In this document: positions 17,838 to 28,066 of the stretch, one piece after another
How the letters are laid out: each line of letters starts with the position of its first letter
How positions within the stretch are numbered: the stretch's first letter is position 1
NCBI GenBank assembly: GCA_000092065.1
Contig: CP000601.1
DNA from: Ostreococcus lucimarinus
Lineage: Eukaryota
Length of the DNA: 64,000 nt
Direction: 5' to 3' (one strand)
Notes under the pieces: generated by a model
What the model saw: only the letters and a program-made list of their open reading frames with translations
The model's database searches: none
What the model was told of the DNA's origin: nothing
Position numbers and translations under genes: made by a program

Positions 17838-18455
17838 ATGTCCCACTCCCCGTGGCACCGCCTCAACGCCACGCTCACGCTCGCCGTCGCCATTTTCGCC
17901 GTCCTCGTCGCGTGCGCGTCCGTCACCGATGTCTTTCACGCCTGCGCGCCGACGTCTTCGATGCCGTTCATGTCCCGAAGCCCGATCGTTCGAGTCGTCG
18001 ACTACGAACGCTTCGCGCGCGTCGCCGACAGCCGAGACGAGGCAGTGGTGAGGCTGGAAGTAGACTACGATCTGTCGTCGTGCGCGAGCTGGAACACGAA
18101 GATGGTGTTCGCGCACGTGACGGTGTCGTGGGAGACGGAGACGCGCGGCGTCAACGAGGCGACGATTTGGGACGACGCGGTAAAGTTTGATAGATGGGAA
18201 AGCGCGGAGAGTAAGGCGAAGAAATTGAGGAAACAGGGCGTGATACGGGCGAAGTATAAGCTACGGAGCGTGGACGAGCGGTTGTCCGGACGAGGGATGG
18301 AGGTGAAATTACGGTGGGCGGTGACGCCGCGCGCGGGACGGATTTGGCGAGGCGAAACGTCGACGTCGAATGCGACGTTTCCGGTCGAATATTTGAATGT
18401 AGGTGGAGACGGACAACGCGCGAGGGCGGCGCCGCGGACGCCGGGGATGCCTTGA
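17838..18455 (+). CDS. SPCS3: Signal peptidase complex subunit 3 (SPC22/23)
   Basis: N-terminal signal anchor (LNATLTLAVAIFAVLVACASV), then VRLEVDYDLSSCASWNTKMVFAHVTVSWETETRGVNEATIWDDAV, which resembles the SPCS3 core. Confidence 0.7.
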   Translation: MSHSPWHRLNATLTLAVAIFAVLVACASVTDVFHACAPTSSMPFMSRSPIVRVVDYERFARVADSRDEAVVRLEVDYDLSSCASWNTKMVFAHVTVSWETETRGVNEATIWDDAVKFDRWESAESKAKKLRKQGVIRAKYKLRSVDERLSGRGMEVKLRWAVTPRAGRIWRGETSTSNATFPVEYLNVGGDGQRARAAPRTPGMP

Positions 18456-18558
18456 TTCGATCAAGAGTTTAGAGATTTGATAATCGTACAGTAGTCGTCG
18501 CGTTTCGTCGAGCGTCTAAGCTGAAGCTATTTACAGTGCGCGCGCTATTCCTACGTTT

Positions 18559-20517
18559 CTACATGTCGATTAAGTTTGGGAGCTCGTCAACGTCTGCCAT
18601 CGTCGCGCCCGTGCGCTTAGACGGCGTCACGGGGGCGAGCGTGTCTCCGGCGTCGTCGAAAGACATCAAGTTCGCCATCATGTTTGCCGCGCCCGAGACT
18701 GATTCGACGCGTGGCGGCGGTGCCGACGCGAGCGTCGGAGCCGGCGTCGGTGCCGATGCGAGCGAGTCGACGATGGGCTCGCTCATCGCCACTGGTTCGT
18801 TCACTTCGACGGCTTCGCGCTCGACCACCGGTGATTGCGTCTGCGGCGGCGCGGGAACCGGCGCCTCTGCGGTCGACGCCTCGGCGAAACTCAAATTCTT
18901 CGCCGTTCCCTCGTCCGTCCACTCCGCCCATTTCGCCTGCAAATCCTCCGAACTCTTTTCTCTGAGTTTTCCTATTGAGTGTGCGAGCTGCGAACGTTTC
19001 GATGCGAACGCCTCGCGCATGCCCTGAATCGTCTTTGACGTCGAGTACGCCTTCTTCGCCTTTCGCATCGTCTCGCGAAGCGCGGAGCTTCCCACGGAGA
19101 ACGCGTGCGACGAAGCGGAGGCGAACTGCTCGGACAACGCTTGACCTCGCATCATTAAATCAGAAAGCGTCAACTCGCCCTCTTCGAGATCGAAATCGAC
19201 GATTTCGTCCCCCATGGGCACGAAGCCGGTTTTCCTCGCCACCTGGGCGCACATGCGCAATCGCTGTCGCACGAAGACTTCGTACATTTGCGTCCCTCGC
19301 ATCGCGGCGAGAATGCCGGCGTGCTTCAAGTTTCCGAGCTCGAGTCCTCGTTGGTCGAGCCATAAACTATCGGCGATGATGGCGTCTCGAGGCGGCGGAT
19401 GCGCGACGACGCCCTTGATGTGCTGCTTGTACGGCCCGAGCACGCTCGAGAAAAACGTTCGAAACACGCGCGCCACCGCTTGCGAGTCTTCACCTCGCGT
19501 GCGCTCGATCTCCCTGAGCAACCCGACGCGAAGGAGCGTGAACGGACCGGACGGAATCGCCTCGAAATCTTCCTCAAAGTACGTGAACGATCCGTCGTCG
19601 AGATTCAACGTAAAGACGTCGTCGCACGGAAGTCGCTTCGCGTCCTCCGACAGACTCGAATGCAAACCGACCAAAAACGGCATCGGCGCCGTCAAATAAT
19701 CCAAAAACGCCTCCGGAACGACGGGTAAAAATATGTGCTGCCAACTCAGCGGATACAGCGCCGCGTTCGCCGCGTGCACCGCCGCGCTCACCGCCTCCAA
19801 CCGCCCGCTCGTCAGCACCACCCGTCGCTCCGTCACCAACGCCGCGAACAGCGCCAGCACCGCCTCCACGTGCCCGCAGTCCAACAGCGCCGTAAATTTT
19901 ATCCCCCCGTTAAACTCCTTCCTCAGATCCGGCGCTCGCAGCCGCACGCTCTGCGTCGCGACGCCCGCGAACTCGGTCCACGGCAGCCCGACGTCCGCCG
20001 TCGTCCCCGCCGTCGGCGCCCGCGTCCCGATCGTTCGATCCAGGTACTCCCACAGCGCGTCCCCCCGCGCGAGTTCCCGCGTCGTCCCGCGCGCCGTCGC
20101 GTCCAGCGCCTCCATCGCGCGCGTCATCGCGTGTCGCAGGACGTCGTCGTGGTACTCGAACCGCGCCGTCCGCGTCAGCGCCGCCGCCGCCCGCCTCGCG
20201 CCGACGCGTCGCACCGCCCCGATCGTCCGCGCGCCGTCCGCGCGCGTCAGGCAAAACGTGAATCGCGTCGTCGTCGTCGCGCCGTCCGTCGTCCGCGCGC
20301 GCGCCGCGGCGCGACGCTCGGGAAACGCGAATCTCCCGTCGACGACGTTCGCGCACATCGCGCGCAGCTCCGCGGCGAGCGCGCCGTCGTCGCCCGCGAG
20401 CGTCGCGAACACCACCGTCGGAGTCCCGTCGTCGTCGTCGATCGCGACGAACGCGGCGCCGGTCGCCGCGTCGGTCGCGCGCGACATTCGCGAAGCGCCG
20501 ACGCGATGCCGCGTCAC
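18559..20517 (-). CDS. DENN-domain protein (putative Rab GEF)
   Basis: uDENN/cDENN-like segments: FTFCLTRADGARTIGAVRR ... RRVVLTSGRLEAVSAAVHAANAALYPLSWQHIFLPVVPEAFLDYLTAPMPFLVGLH. Confidence 0.75.
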   Translation of the reverse strand: MTRHRVGASRMSRATDAATGAAFVAIDDDDGTPTVVFATLAGDDGALAAELRAMCANVVDGRFAFPERRAAARARTTDGATTTTRFTFCLTRADGARTIGAVRRVGARRAAAALTRTARFEYHDDVLRHAMTRAMEALDATARGTTRELARGDALWEYLDRTIGTRAPTAGTTADVGLPWTEFAGVATQSVRLRAPDLRKEFNGGIKFTALLDCGHVEAVLALFAALVTERRVVLTSGRLEAVSAAVHAANAALYPLSWQHIFLPVVPEAFLDYLTAPMPFLVGLHSSLSEDAKRLPCDDVFTLNLDDGSFTYFEEDFEAIPSGPFTLLRVGLLREIERTRGEDSQAVARVFRTFFSSVLGPYKQHIKGVVAHPPPRDAIIADSLWLDQRGLELGNLKHAGILAAMRGTQMYEVFVRQRLRMCAQVARKTGFVPMGDEIVDFDLEEGELTLSDLMMRGQALSEQFASASSHAFSVGSSALRETMRKAKKAYSTSKTIQGMREAFASKRSQLAHSIGKLREKSSEDLQAKWAEWTDEGTAKNLSFAEASTAEAPVPAPPQTQSPVVEREAVEVNEPVAMSEPIVDSLASAPTPAPTLASAPPPRVESVSGAANMMANLMSFDDAGDTLAPVTPSKRTGATMADVDELPNLIDM

Positions 20518-20645
20518 AATCTGACGCCGCGCGTCGTCGCGCGGCCCCGCGAGCGCGCGCGCGCGCGCGGGATGCTCGAGCGCGACGCGCGTCGCGCGCG
20601 ACGCGCGTCGGCGACGGCGTAGGCGCGAGCGACGCGACGCGCGCG

Positions 20646-20773
20646 ATGGAGAGCGATTTCGGCTGGGACGGCGCGGTCGACGACCGAGACGACGCGCGCG
20701 CGATCGACGACGGCGACGACGACGAAGAAGAAGAAGAAGAATCGTCCGCGCTCGCGAGGTCGCGCGACGCGTT

Positions 20774-20804
<31 letters not shown>

Positions 20805-23024
20805 CGGCGACGGCGACGACGCGCGACGGGACGACGGGCGACGACGGCGGCGACGGCGTTCGAGCGAACCGTCGCGGCGTGGACGGCGAAAGACCTGACG
20901 GCGAACGCGCGGGAGGGCGAGGGCGGGCGGATGGTGGCGGCGCGCGCGACGTACGCGAGCGCGGACGCGTGGTACGCGACGTGCGAGGCGTTGGCGTACG
21001 AGGAGGCGCGGGCGACGACGGCGGCGGCGACGTCGCGAGGACGAGGCGAAGCGTTCGACGCGGAGGTGGTGGAGACGCGCGCGAGCGATGGATTCGTGGA
21101 GCTGAGCGCGCGACGCGTCGGTGGCGAGAAGACGGCGAGGCGCGGAGGCGACGACGCGGATTGGCGTCGACCGGCGACGGTGGTGCTGTTGCGTCGCGCC
21201 GACGACGAGACGCGCTCGGCGCTCGCGCTCGTGCGGGGACGCGGCGACGCGCGGGGCGCGGACGTCGTGCCGCTGTTGGCGAAACGTTCGCGCATTTTCG
21301 ACGACGTCGAGGGCGTCGAGTTTAAAGCCGTCGCGCTGGCGTCGCTCGTCTCGTATCAGCGCATGGCGCACGCGTGCTTCGTGCGACCGCGCGTGGCGTT
21401 TGCGCACCAAATCGTCGGCGCCAAACGCGCGACGCACATAAAATTTAGCGATTCCGACGAAGACGACGACGAGCGAGTCGACGGGAAAAGTGGTGTCGAG
21501 GGTGATGATGAATCCTCGTGCGACGAGCGCGAGGGCGAGTACGTTTTACCGCTGAATGCGTCGCAGCGACGGGCGTTGCGTCGATTCTTCGCGCGCGACG
21601 GGCATTTCGATCAGTTACAAATGGTTCAAGGACCGCCGGGATGTGGGAAGACGCACTTCATCGTATCGCTCCTCGCGGTGCTCGCGGCGAAGAAACAGCG
21701 CGTACTCGTGTGCGCGCCGAGCAACAAGGCTGTGTGCGTCGTGATGGAACTTTACCTGCGAACGTGCGGCGAAGACGCCGCGCCGTGCGTGCTCACGGGC
21801 GCCGAGGATACGTTGCGAGAGGCGTCGTCGGTCGACGGCGGGGCGATGGATTATTTCATTTTCGAACGTTGCAACGTCATCGCGTCGTCTTTTCGACGAT
21901 CTTTCGTTTCGGGAGGCGACGGCATTCGCGAGAGCGCGAAAGCCGCGCGGCGAGCTCTGGAATCCATAGCGCCTTCGTTTTGCAAGGGCGTCGTCGCCGA
22001 AGGTCTCTCCGCCGTCGCCGCGATGGACGACGAAGCGTCCATGCGCGCTCGAGGTGAGGAGATCGCGCGAGAAATCGAAAAGGGCTCGGGGCGCGGTGAG
22101 CGTTCGGATGAATTCGCGCGCGAAGCTTTGAATCGCGCGAGCTTGGTGTTCTGCACGCTCGCGAGCGCAGGCCAGTCGATCATGTCTTCGCTCGAGCAGC
22201 CCGACGCCCTCGTCGTGGACGAAGCCGCGCAGGCGCTCGAGCCGGAGATTGCGATTCCATTTTTGCGGTATCCAAGAAAAGCACTGCTCGTGGGCGATCC
22301 TGCGCAGTTGCCAGCCACGTTGATCTCGGAAATCGCTCGACGTCACGGCCACGCGACTTCGCTCATGGAACGATTGATGTCCGCGAACGCCGAGCGCGCG
22401 AGTTTGCTCGACACGCAATACCGAATGCATCCGTCGATCGCGAGTTGGCCTGCAGCGCAATTTTACGGTGGACGCCTCGCGAACGCCGATCACGTGTTGA
22501 CGCGAAATCTCCCGCAAGGTCTTTCATCCAGCGTGCCGTCGTACGCCTTCGTGGACGTGGCGAGCGTCGAGAGTGGCGGAGTGGGAAAATCGAAGTGGAA
22601 CCAGCGCGAGGCCGACGTCGCGTGTGCGCTGATTCGAGCGTTGAAAACCAAGTCTCCGACGCTTTTCGTCGTGTGCATTACGTTTTACAGCGCGCAAGTT
22701 CGTGCCATCGCTCGAGCTTTGCAACGAGCAGGCGTTCGCGATGTGGCGGTGCACAGCGTCGATTCGTTTCAAGGAAGCGAGGCGGACGTCGTCGTGTGTT
22801 CCGCCGTGCGAAGCAACGCAAAGGCGAACGTGGGATTTTTATCCGATAAACGTCGTCTCAACGTCGCGCTGACGCGCGCAAAATATTCCTCAATTGTCCT
22901 CGGGTCGCGCGATACGTTGTCTCGATGCGGCGTCGACGCGTTGCGTTCGCTCGTCGAAGACGCCGCGGCGCGCGACGTCATCGTCTCCGAGCATGACATC
23001 GTGCGTAGAATTATTAGAAATTAG
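20646..23024 (+). CDS. Superfamily-1 helicase, UPF1/SEN1/DNA2-like (AAA_11/AAA_12)
   Basis: Motif I VQGPPGCGKTH, Ia VLVCAPSNKAV, II LVVDEAAQ, III LLVGDPAQLPAT, then LLDTQYRMHPSI, VDSFQGSEADVVV and RRLNVALTRAK. Confidence 0.85.
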
Positions 23025-23088
23025 CTACAGTAGTCGATGTAGTCGATGTAGAAGTACTAGGCTATCGCAGCGCCGACGTGTCGAAATC

Positions 23089-24039
23089 TCACGCCAACCC
23101 TTGGCTCTTCAAACGCTGGATGAACAAATTAATCGGCGACAGGAGCTGCTGCGGATCCTCCATCGTCGCCACGGTGCCGCAGCCCTCGATCTCGATCCAG
23201 CTCGTCTTGCTCGCCTTCATCAACGAATTCATCACGATCGTGTCCTTGTACCAAGGGCTGCTCGTTCCCGCCAAAATCATCGCGTCTATGTCTAACGACG
23301 CGTACACGTGCTCGTTATCCAATCGATGCAACGCCGCGTCGTAATACGCCAACGTCGCCTCCGGGTTCATCTCTCGCATCTCCCTTCGCGCCGTCTGCGC
23401 CAGATCGCTCTCGTACATCCCATTCGACCCACCAAGTCCGCGATAACTAAACATTCGCTTCAGCAAGTGTTTCAACGTCCACGGCGTCCATCCGTGACGC
23501 TTCAAATTAAACTTGCAAACCGCCCCCAACGCGTGCTCCATCGTCCTCGCTCGTCCGCAACTCGGCGACACGAATATTCCCGCCCGACACGCGCTCGAGT
23601 GTCGTCCCGCGTACAGCGCCATCACCGTCGCTCCCGCGCCGACCCCCAAGCACGTCACATCGCGCAATCCAAAGTGTTTCACGACGTCCTCGACGATCTC
23701 CGCGTGCGCGTCCAGCGTCGTCGCCGTCGTCGCCGCGTCCCCGTCCCCGCCTCGATCTCGCCCCCGCGCGCCGTCCTGGCACCCCGGGGCGTCGATGTGA
23801 TACGCGCAGAACCTGCTGACGAGGTCGCTCCGCGGTCCCGCGCACACGAACAGCGGCTGGAAGCACGTGCGGTGGTTTAAACCGACGTCGTGGTAGGTGA
23901 CGAGCGCGGGTCTCGAGCGATCGGCGCCCTGCGCGGTGACGGTGACGGGGCCGTGGCGCGTCGGCACGACGTGCGCGACGCCCGAGACGTCGAAGGACGC
24001 CGCGGGTAACAGATCGAGCCCGTCCTCGGGGAGCGACAT
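23089..24039 (-). CDS. NDRG/Ndr-family alpha/beta-hydrolase-fold protein
   Basis: VPTRHGPVTVTAQGADRSRPALVTYHDVGLNHRTCFQPLF and the downstream layout match the Ndr family (plant NDL/SF21-like). Confidence 0.75.
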   Translation of the reverse strand: MSLPEDGLDLLPAASFDVSGVAHVVPTRHGPVTVTAQGADRSRPALVTYHDVGLNHRTCFQPLFVCAGPRSDLVSRFCAYHIDAPGCQDGARGRDRGGDGDAATTATTLDAHAEIVEDVVKHFGLRDVTCLGVGAGATVMALYAGRHSSACRAGIFVSPSCGRARTMEHALGAVCKFNLKRHGWTPWTLKHLLKRMFSYRGLGGSNGMYESDLAQTARREMREMNPEATLAYYDAALHRLDNEHVYASLDIDAMILAGTSSPWYKDTIVMNSLMKASKTSWIEIEGCGTVATMEDPQQLLSPINLFIQRLKSQGLA

Positions 24040-24139
24040 GACGGGACGGCGCGCGACACGCGCGACGACGAGTGCGGCGCCGGCGGCGCGGCGAACGCGA
24101 AGGCGACGCGCGAAGCGCGCGGAATTCTCACGCGAGTTC

Positions 24140-24772
24140 TCACGCGAAGCGCGCGTTGGCGTTCAACGCCAACCCGAGCTTAAAATCTAAATCGTCTCCC
24201 GGATCGACGAGCGCGCCGCGGACGAGCGCGGCGTGGCGTTGACGCATCTCGCCCAGGAGCGCTCGACTCTCGAGCGAGAAATCGTCCGCGGAATCGAAGG
24301 GTTCGTCTGCGAACACCATGTCCTTCAAAACCTCCCGCGGCGACTTGGCGCACCCGAGGCGAGCGTCCGCGAACACGCATCCCCACGGATCGCCGTCGCG
24401 GTCGGCGTCCTTCGCGAGGACGATTTCGAGCGCGTCCGACGCGACGCTCCACGCCGTCTCGTCCGCCTTGACTCGCCGCGCGAGCGCGCCGGATAATCCC
24501 TCGACGACGCCGTGCCACGACGTCCACACCGTCAGCGCGCCGTCGTCGACCGTCACGCGCACGTCCCGCCCGCGCGTGTTCGCGGGCAGTTCGACGGTGA
24601 TCTCCACCGTCGACGTCGTTTGATTCCACAACGCAATCTCCGTCCAGCACCTCGAAGAACCGCGACACGCGGACGACCACGCGCGACGCGCGCGCGCCGA
24701 GTCGGCGTCGCCGTCGGCGCGCGCGACGCATCCGTCGCTGTCGTACCCATCGTCGGCGTCGCCGGCGCCCAT
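24140..24772 (-). CDS. CS-domain (p23/NudC-like) protein
   Basis: WNQTTSTVEITVELPANTRGRDVRVTVDDGALTV ... ETAWSVASDALEIVLAK is a CS beta-sandwich signature. The ATG at 24772 was chosen; the upstream part of the ORF is Arg-rich GC artefact. Confidence 0.65.
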   Translation of the reverse strand: MGAGDADDGYDSDGCVARADGDADSARARRAWSSACRGSSRCWTEIALWNQTTSTVEITVELPANTRGRDVRVTVDDGALTVWTSWHGVVEGLSGALARRVKADETAWSVASDALEIVLAKDADRDGDPWGCVFADARLGCAKSPREVLKDMVFADEPFDSADDFSLESRALLGEMRQRHAALVRGALVDPGDDLDFKLGLALNANARFA

Positions 24773-25149
24773 CGTCGCGCGCGTCGCCGTGTGACGCGTT
24801 TTCCGTCGACGTGCGTTTCGCGCTCGAGTAAAATAAAAACGGTCCGTCGCGCGCGCCGCCGTCGGCCTTCGACGCGCGTCGCGTCGCGCGCGCGTCGCGT
24901 CGCGCGCGCGGGGGCGTCGAAAACGAAGCGATCCATCGTTTTCGGCGCGTCGCGTCGCCCGTCGTCGCGCGCGTCGCGTCGCGACGCGCGCGTGCCGGCG
25001 CCGAATCGGCAAAAAAAAACGGTTTAGGTCGCGCGACGGACGGCGCGCGGCGCGCACACCGCGTCGCTTCGCGCGGCGTCGCGCGACGCTCGACGCCTCG
25101 GCGCGCGCGCGAGCGAAGGAACCGGACGACGACGCGCGCGGTCGACGCG

Positions 25150-26958
25150 ATGACGGCGTCCGGCGCGTCGGCCGCGGCGCGCGCGACGCGCGCGGACGTC
25201 GAAACGATCGGCGCCGAGGTCTTTCGAGACGCCGTCGACGACGGTTTGCACGACGCGGTGTGCGCGTGGGTCGCGGAAGAGCTCGAGCGAGGACGGCGAG
25301 GGGAGCTTGAGGGTAAGACGCACGCGCCGGTGCCGCCGAAGTGGGCGCGAAGGGATCAGTCGAGGGAGATGCTGCAGTACGGGACGTACACGCACAGTAA
25401 CCGAGTGGACGCGGAGACGCGCGTAGCGGCGATGCCGGCGATGTTTGAAGACGTGCTGGACGCGCTGGTGGCGAGAGGGGTGATCGGGAAGGATGAAAAG
25501 ATGGATTCGTGCACGGTGAACGTGTACGGGAAGGGACAGTGGATACCGCCGCACATCGATAATCCGACGTTCGCGCGGCCGTTTGTGACGGTTTCGTTGG
25601 CGAGCGCGCAGACGATGACGATGGGGCGAGGGATGCTGTGGCCGAGTGGGGACGAAAAACCGGATCCGGGGGTCGTTTATGAGGGGGAGGAGTTCAGGGT
25701 GGTGCTTCCGGCGAAATCGGCGGTGCGCATGGAGGGAAGGGCGGCGGACGAGTACGAGCACGCGATTCCGCCCGTGAGCGAGGATAGGATTTCGCTCACG
25801 TTTAGACGACGAATGGCGGCGAATACCGAAGGCGACGCGATCGCGGCGCAGATGGCGATGACGGAGCAGTTTCGAGCGATGTATAGGGAAAAGCGCGCGG
25901 TCGGTCGAGACGATTCGTTGAAGGAACCCAAGGAAGTTTCCGAGGAGCAGAGACGACGCGAGAGCATCGCCGCCGAGAGGGCGGCGATCAAGGCGGCGCG
26001 AGAGGAGCGTAAGAAGGCGAAACAGTTGCGCAAGGAAGGTAAGCGGTCGGATGCGCTCGAAATGGAAGAGGCGACGAGGAAGAATCCGTCGCCGTCCGTA
26101 AAAACGAGCGTGTCGAACGCAGGGACGACGGCGACAGAGTTGGTGAAGAAGCCGCCCAAGCGAGCGTGCGCCGTGGTGCCAGAAAATTTCATAGACGCCG
26201 CGGAAAAGGTGACAGCGATGCCCGAAGTCGAGCGCGAGCACGTGCAGAAGGTGTACGATATCGTCGCGCAGCAATGGCACGGCACGAGGTATCGCGCGTG
26301 GACCGGGGTGGAGGCTTTCGTTAGGAAACAGCCGCCCGGTTTGCTCGCCGCGGACGTCGGATGCGGCAACGGTAAGAACATTCCCGAAATCGTCAAGGGC
26401 GGTGGTTTCGCGCTCGGAAGCGACTTTAGCAGAGGCTTGATTGAAATCTGTCGCGATAGCGGATACGAGGTAATGGTGGCCGACGCCGTTATTTTGCCGT
26501 ATCGATCCGACGTGTTCGACTACGCGCTCAACATCGCCGTGTTGCATCACATATCGTCTCCCGAACGTCGCGTGGAGCTCGTAAAGGAAACGATGCGCAT
26601 CGTCAAGGTTGGTGGTGTCGCATTATTCTACGCCTGGGCGCTCGAGCAAGAGCAAGGGGGGGTTTCTGGTCACCAATTTGAAGGCCAAGACGTCTTGGTG
26701 CCGTTTCATAACAAGATCAAAGTCAAGGGCGTCGCGCCCGAGGACGAGCGAGAGCGCCAATCGCGCGTGAGCGGCGCGCCCACGCACGGTGAGGCCGATC
26801 GCGAGAAACGATCGGTTGTGTATCAGCGATATTGTCACGTGTACACCGAGGGTGAGCTTCCAAAGCTGTTTGAAAACCTTCCTTGGTGCGAGGTCACGGC
26901 GGCGTATTACGATCACGGCAACTGGTGCGTCGAGGTTTTGAAGACGTCTCGTCCTTAG
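25150..26958 (+). CDS. ALKBH8-like fusion of an AlkB 2OG-Fe(II) oxygenase domain and a TRM9-type tRNA methyltransferase domain
   Basis: AlkB: VNVYGKGQWIPPHIDNP (HxD), EHAIPPV and RISLTFRR. Methyltransferase: VYDIVAQQWHGTRYRAW, ADVGCGNGKN, DYALNIAVLHHISSPERR and KVGGVALFYAWA. A K/E-rich linker lies between them. Confidence 0.85.
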   Translation: MTASGASAAARATRADVETIGAEVFRDAVDDGLHDAVCAWVAEELERGRRGELEGKTHAPVPPKWARRDQSREMLQYGTYTHSNRVDAETRVAAMPAMFEDVLDALVARGVIGKDEKMDSCTVNVYGKGQWIPPHIDNPTFARPFVTVSLASAQTMTMGRGMLWPSGDEKPDPGVVYEGEEFRVVLPAKSAVRMEGRAADEYEHAIPPVSEDRISLTFRRRMAANTEGDAIAAQMAMTEQFRAMYREKRAVGRDDSLKEPKEVSEEQRRRESIAAERAAIKAAREERKKAKQLRKEGKRSDALEMEEATRKNPSPSVKTSVSNAGTTATELVKKPPKRACAVVPENFIDAAEKVTAMPEVEREHVQKVYDIVAQQWHGTRYRAWTGVEAFVRKQPPGLLAADVGCGNGKNIPEIVKGGGFALGSDFSRGLIEICRDSGYEVMVADAVILPYRSDVFDYALNIAVLHHISSPERRVELVKETMRIVKVGGVALFYAWALEQEQGGVSGHQFEGQDVLVPFHNKIKVKGVAPEDERERQSRVSGAPTHGEADREKRSVVYQRYCHVYTEGELPKLFENLPWCEVTAAYYDHGNWCVEVLKTSRP

Positions 26959-27014
26959 ATGTCGTACGCGTCACCTTACAAAACTACTACTCGTACCGCG
27001 GATTGTCATCGTCA

Positions 27015-27992
27015 TCATCTGTACTCTATTCTCACCGCCTTGCGCGTTTTGTGCACCTCGTGCCTGGCCTGCTTAATTCTCCTTCGCGCGTCCTTGTAAA
27101 TTTCGTTCGCCTCCTTCCACGCCTTTTTCGCCTCGTCGAGCTCGGCTTTGGCGTTCGCGTACCGCGCGTTATTCTCCACCTGCGACAGCCTTCTCGGTCG
27201 CACGACGGAATCATCCATCATCGCCTTCATCGCGTTCCAATTCCCATCGTCGCGCACGTACCGCGCGCTCGCGTCGTCCCCGTCCACCTCCGTCACGACG
27301 GCGTCGAACGCCTCGCGCACCCGCGCCCACTCCTCAAACGTCAACGTCGCCCCCGCGTACTCCAAGTATCCGTTCACGTTCCCGCACGCCATGCGCCACT
27401 TCTCCGGTATCCCATTCACGCCGTCACCGTCACCGTCACCGTCACCGTCACCGCGCGCCTCGGACGTCGTCGCGTCGTCCGCCGCCTCGCGCGTCTCGAA
27501 CGCCTCCGTCGCCTCGATCGCCTCGTGCGCGAATCGCCGCGCGAGCGCCGTCGCCTCCGCCTCGCACTTTCCCACCTCCCTCGCCACCGCTCGCGCCGCC
27601 GCCGACCCATCCTCCGCCTCCAGCGACGCTCGCACGCGTCCCAGTCGCCCGCCGACGCGCGCGCTCCACCGTTCACAAATCTTCGCGACGCACGCCGTCT
27701 CGCCGCGCGTCGCGCGCCGACGCCGAATCGCGCCGACGTAGCACATCGCCGTCATCGCCTCCGCGTCGATCGCGCGTCGGCTTTCGCGCAGGAGCTCGAA
27801 CGCGCGCGTCGCGCGCGGCGTCGCGCGCGCGAACGCGTCGAGCGCGTCGCGGTCGTCGGCGCTCGAGCGCGTCGCGGTCGCGTCGGCGCGCGCGGCGCGG
27901 CGGCGGCGAATCGGCGCCGGTCGACGGCGCGCGACGGCGCGCGCGGGCGCGCTCGAGCGCGCGGGCGAGCGCGCGCGGGCGGCGGCGCGCAT
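27015..27992 (-). CDS. Hypothetical protein (Ala/Arg-rich N-terminus, (GD)5 tract, conserved-looking W/Y/K-rich C-terminal about 170 aa)
   Basis: The minus-strand C-terminal region has balanced composition (GIPEKWRMACGNVNGYLEYAGATLTFEEW...AKKAWKEANEIYKDARRRIKQ). The overlapping plus-strand ORF 26883-28070 is R/L/V-rich nonsense. Confidence 0.45.
   Translation of the reverse strand: MRAAARARSPARSSAPARAVARRRPAPIRRRRAARADATATRSSADDRDALDAFARATPRATRAFELLRESRRAIDAEAMTAMCYVGAIRRRRATRGETACVAKICERWSARVGGRLGRVRASLEAEDGSAAARAVAREVGKCEAEATALARRFAHEAIEATEAFETREAADDATTSEARGDGDGDGDGDGVNGIPEKWRMACGNVNGYLEYAGATLTFEEWARVREAFDAVVTEVDGDDASARYVRDDGNWNAMKAMMDDSVVRPRRLSQVENNARYANAKAELDEAKKAWKEANEIYKDARRRIKQARHEVHKTRKAVRIEYR
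27423..27452. repeat. (GTCACC)5 hexanucleotide microsatellite encoding (GD)n on the minus strand
   Basis: Five perfect tandem units. Confidence 0.9.
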
Positions 27993-28066
27993 GCGTCGAC
28001 GCGCGGGCGCGCCCGACGGCGCGCGCGCGGCAGAGCGCGACGCGGTGTGCGGCGAAAGGATTCGTC

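Noticed and set aside
25024-26550. 508-aa minus-strand ORF antisense to the ALKBH8-like gene
   Set aside because: It is R/H/P/L-rich and low-complexity with no recognisable motif. The plus strand carries clear AlkB and TRM9 motifs. Long antisense ORFs are expected in stop-poor GC-rich DNA.
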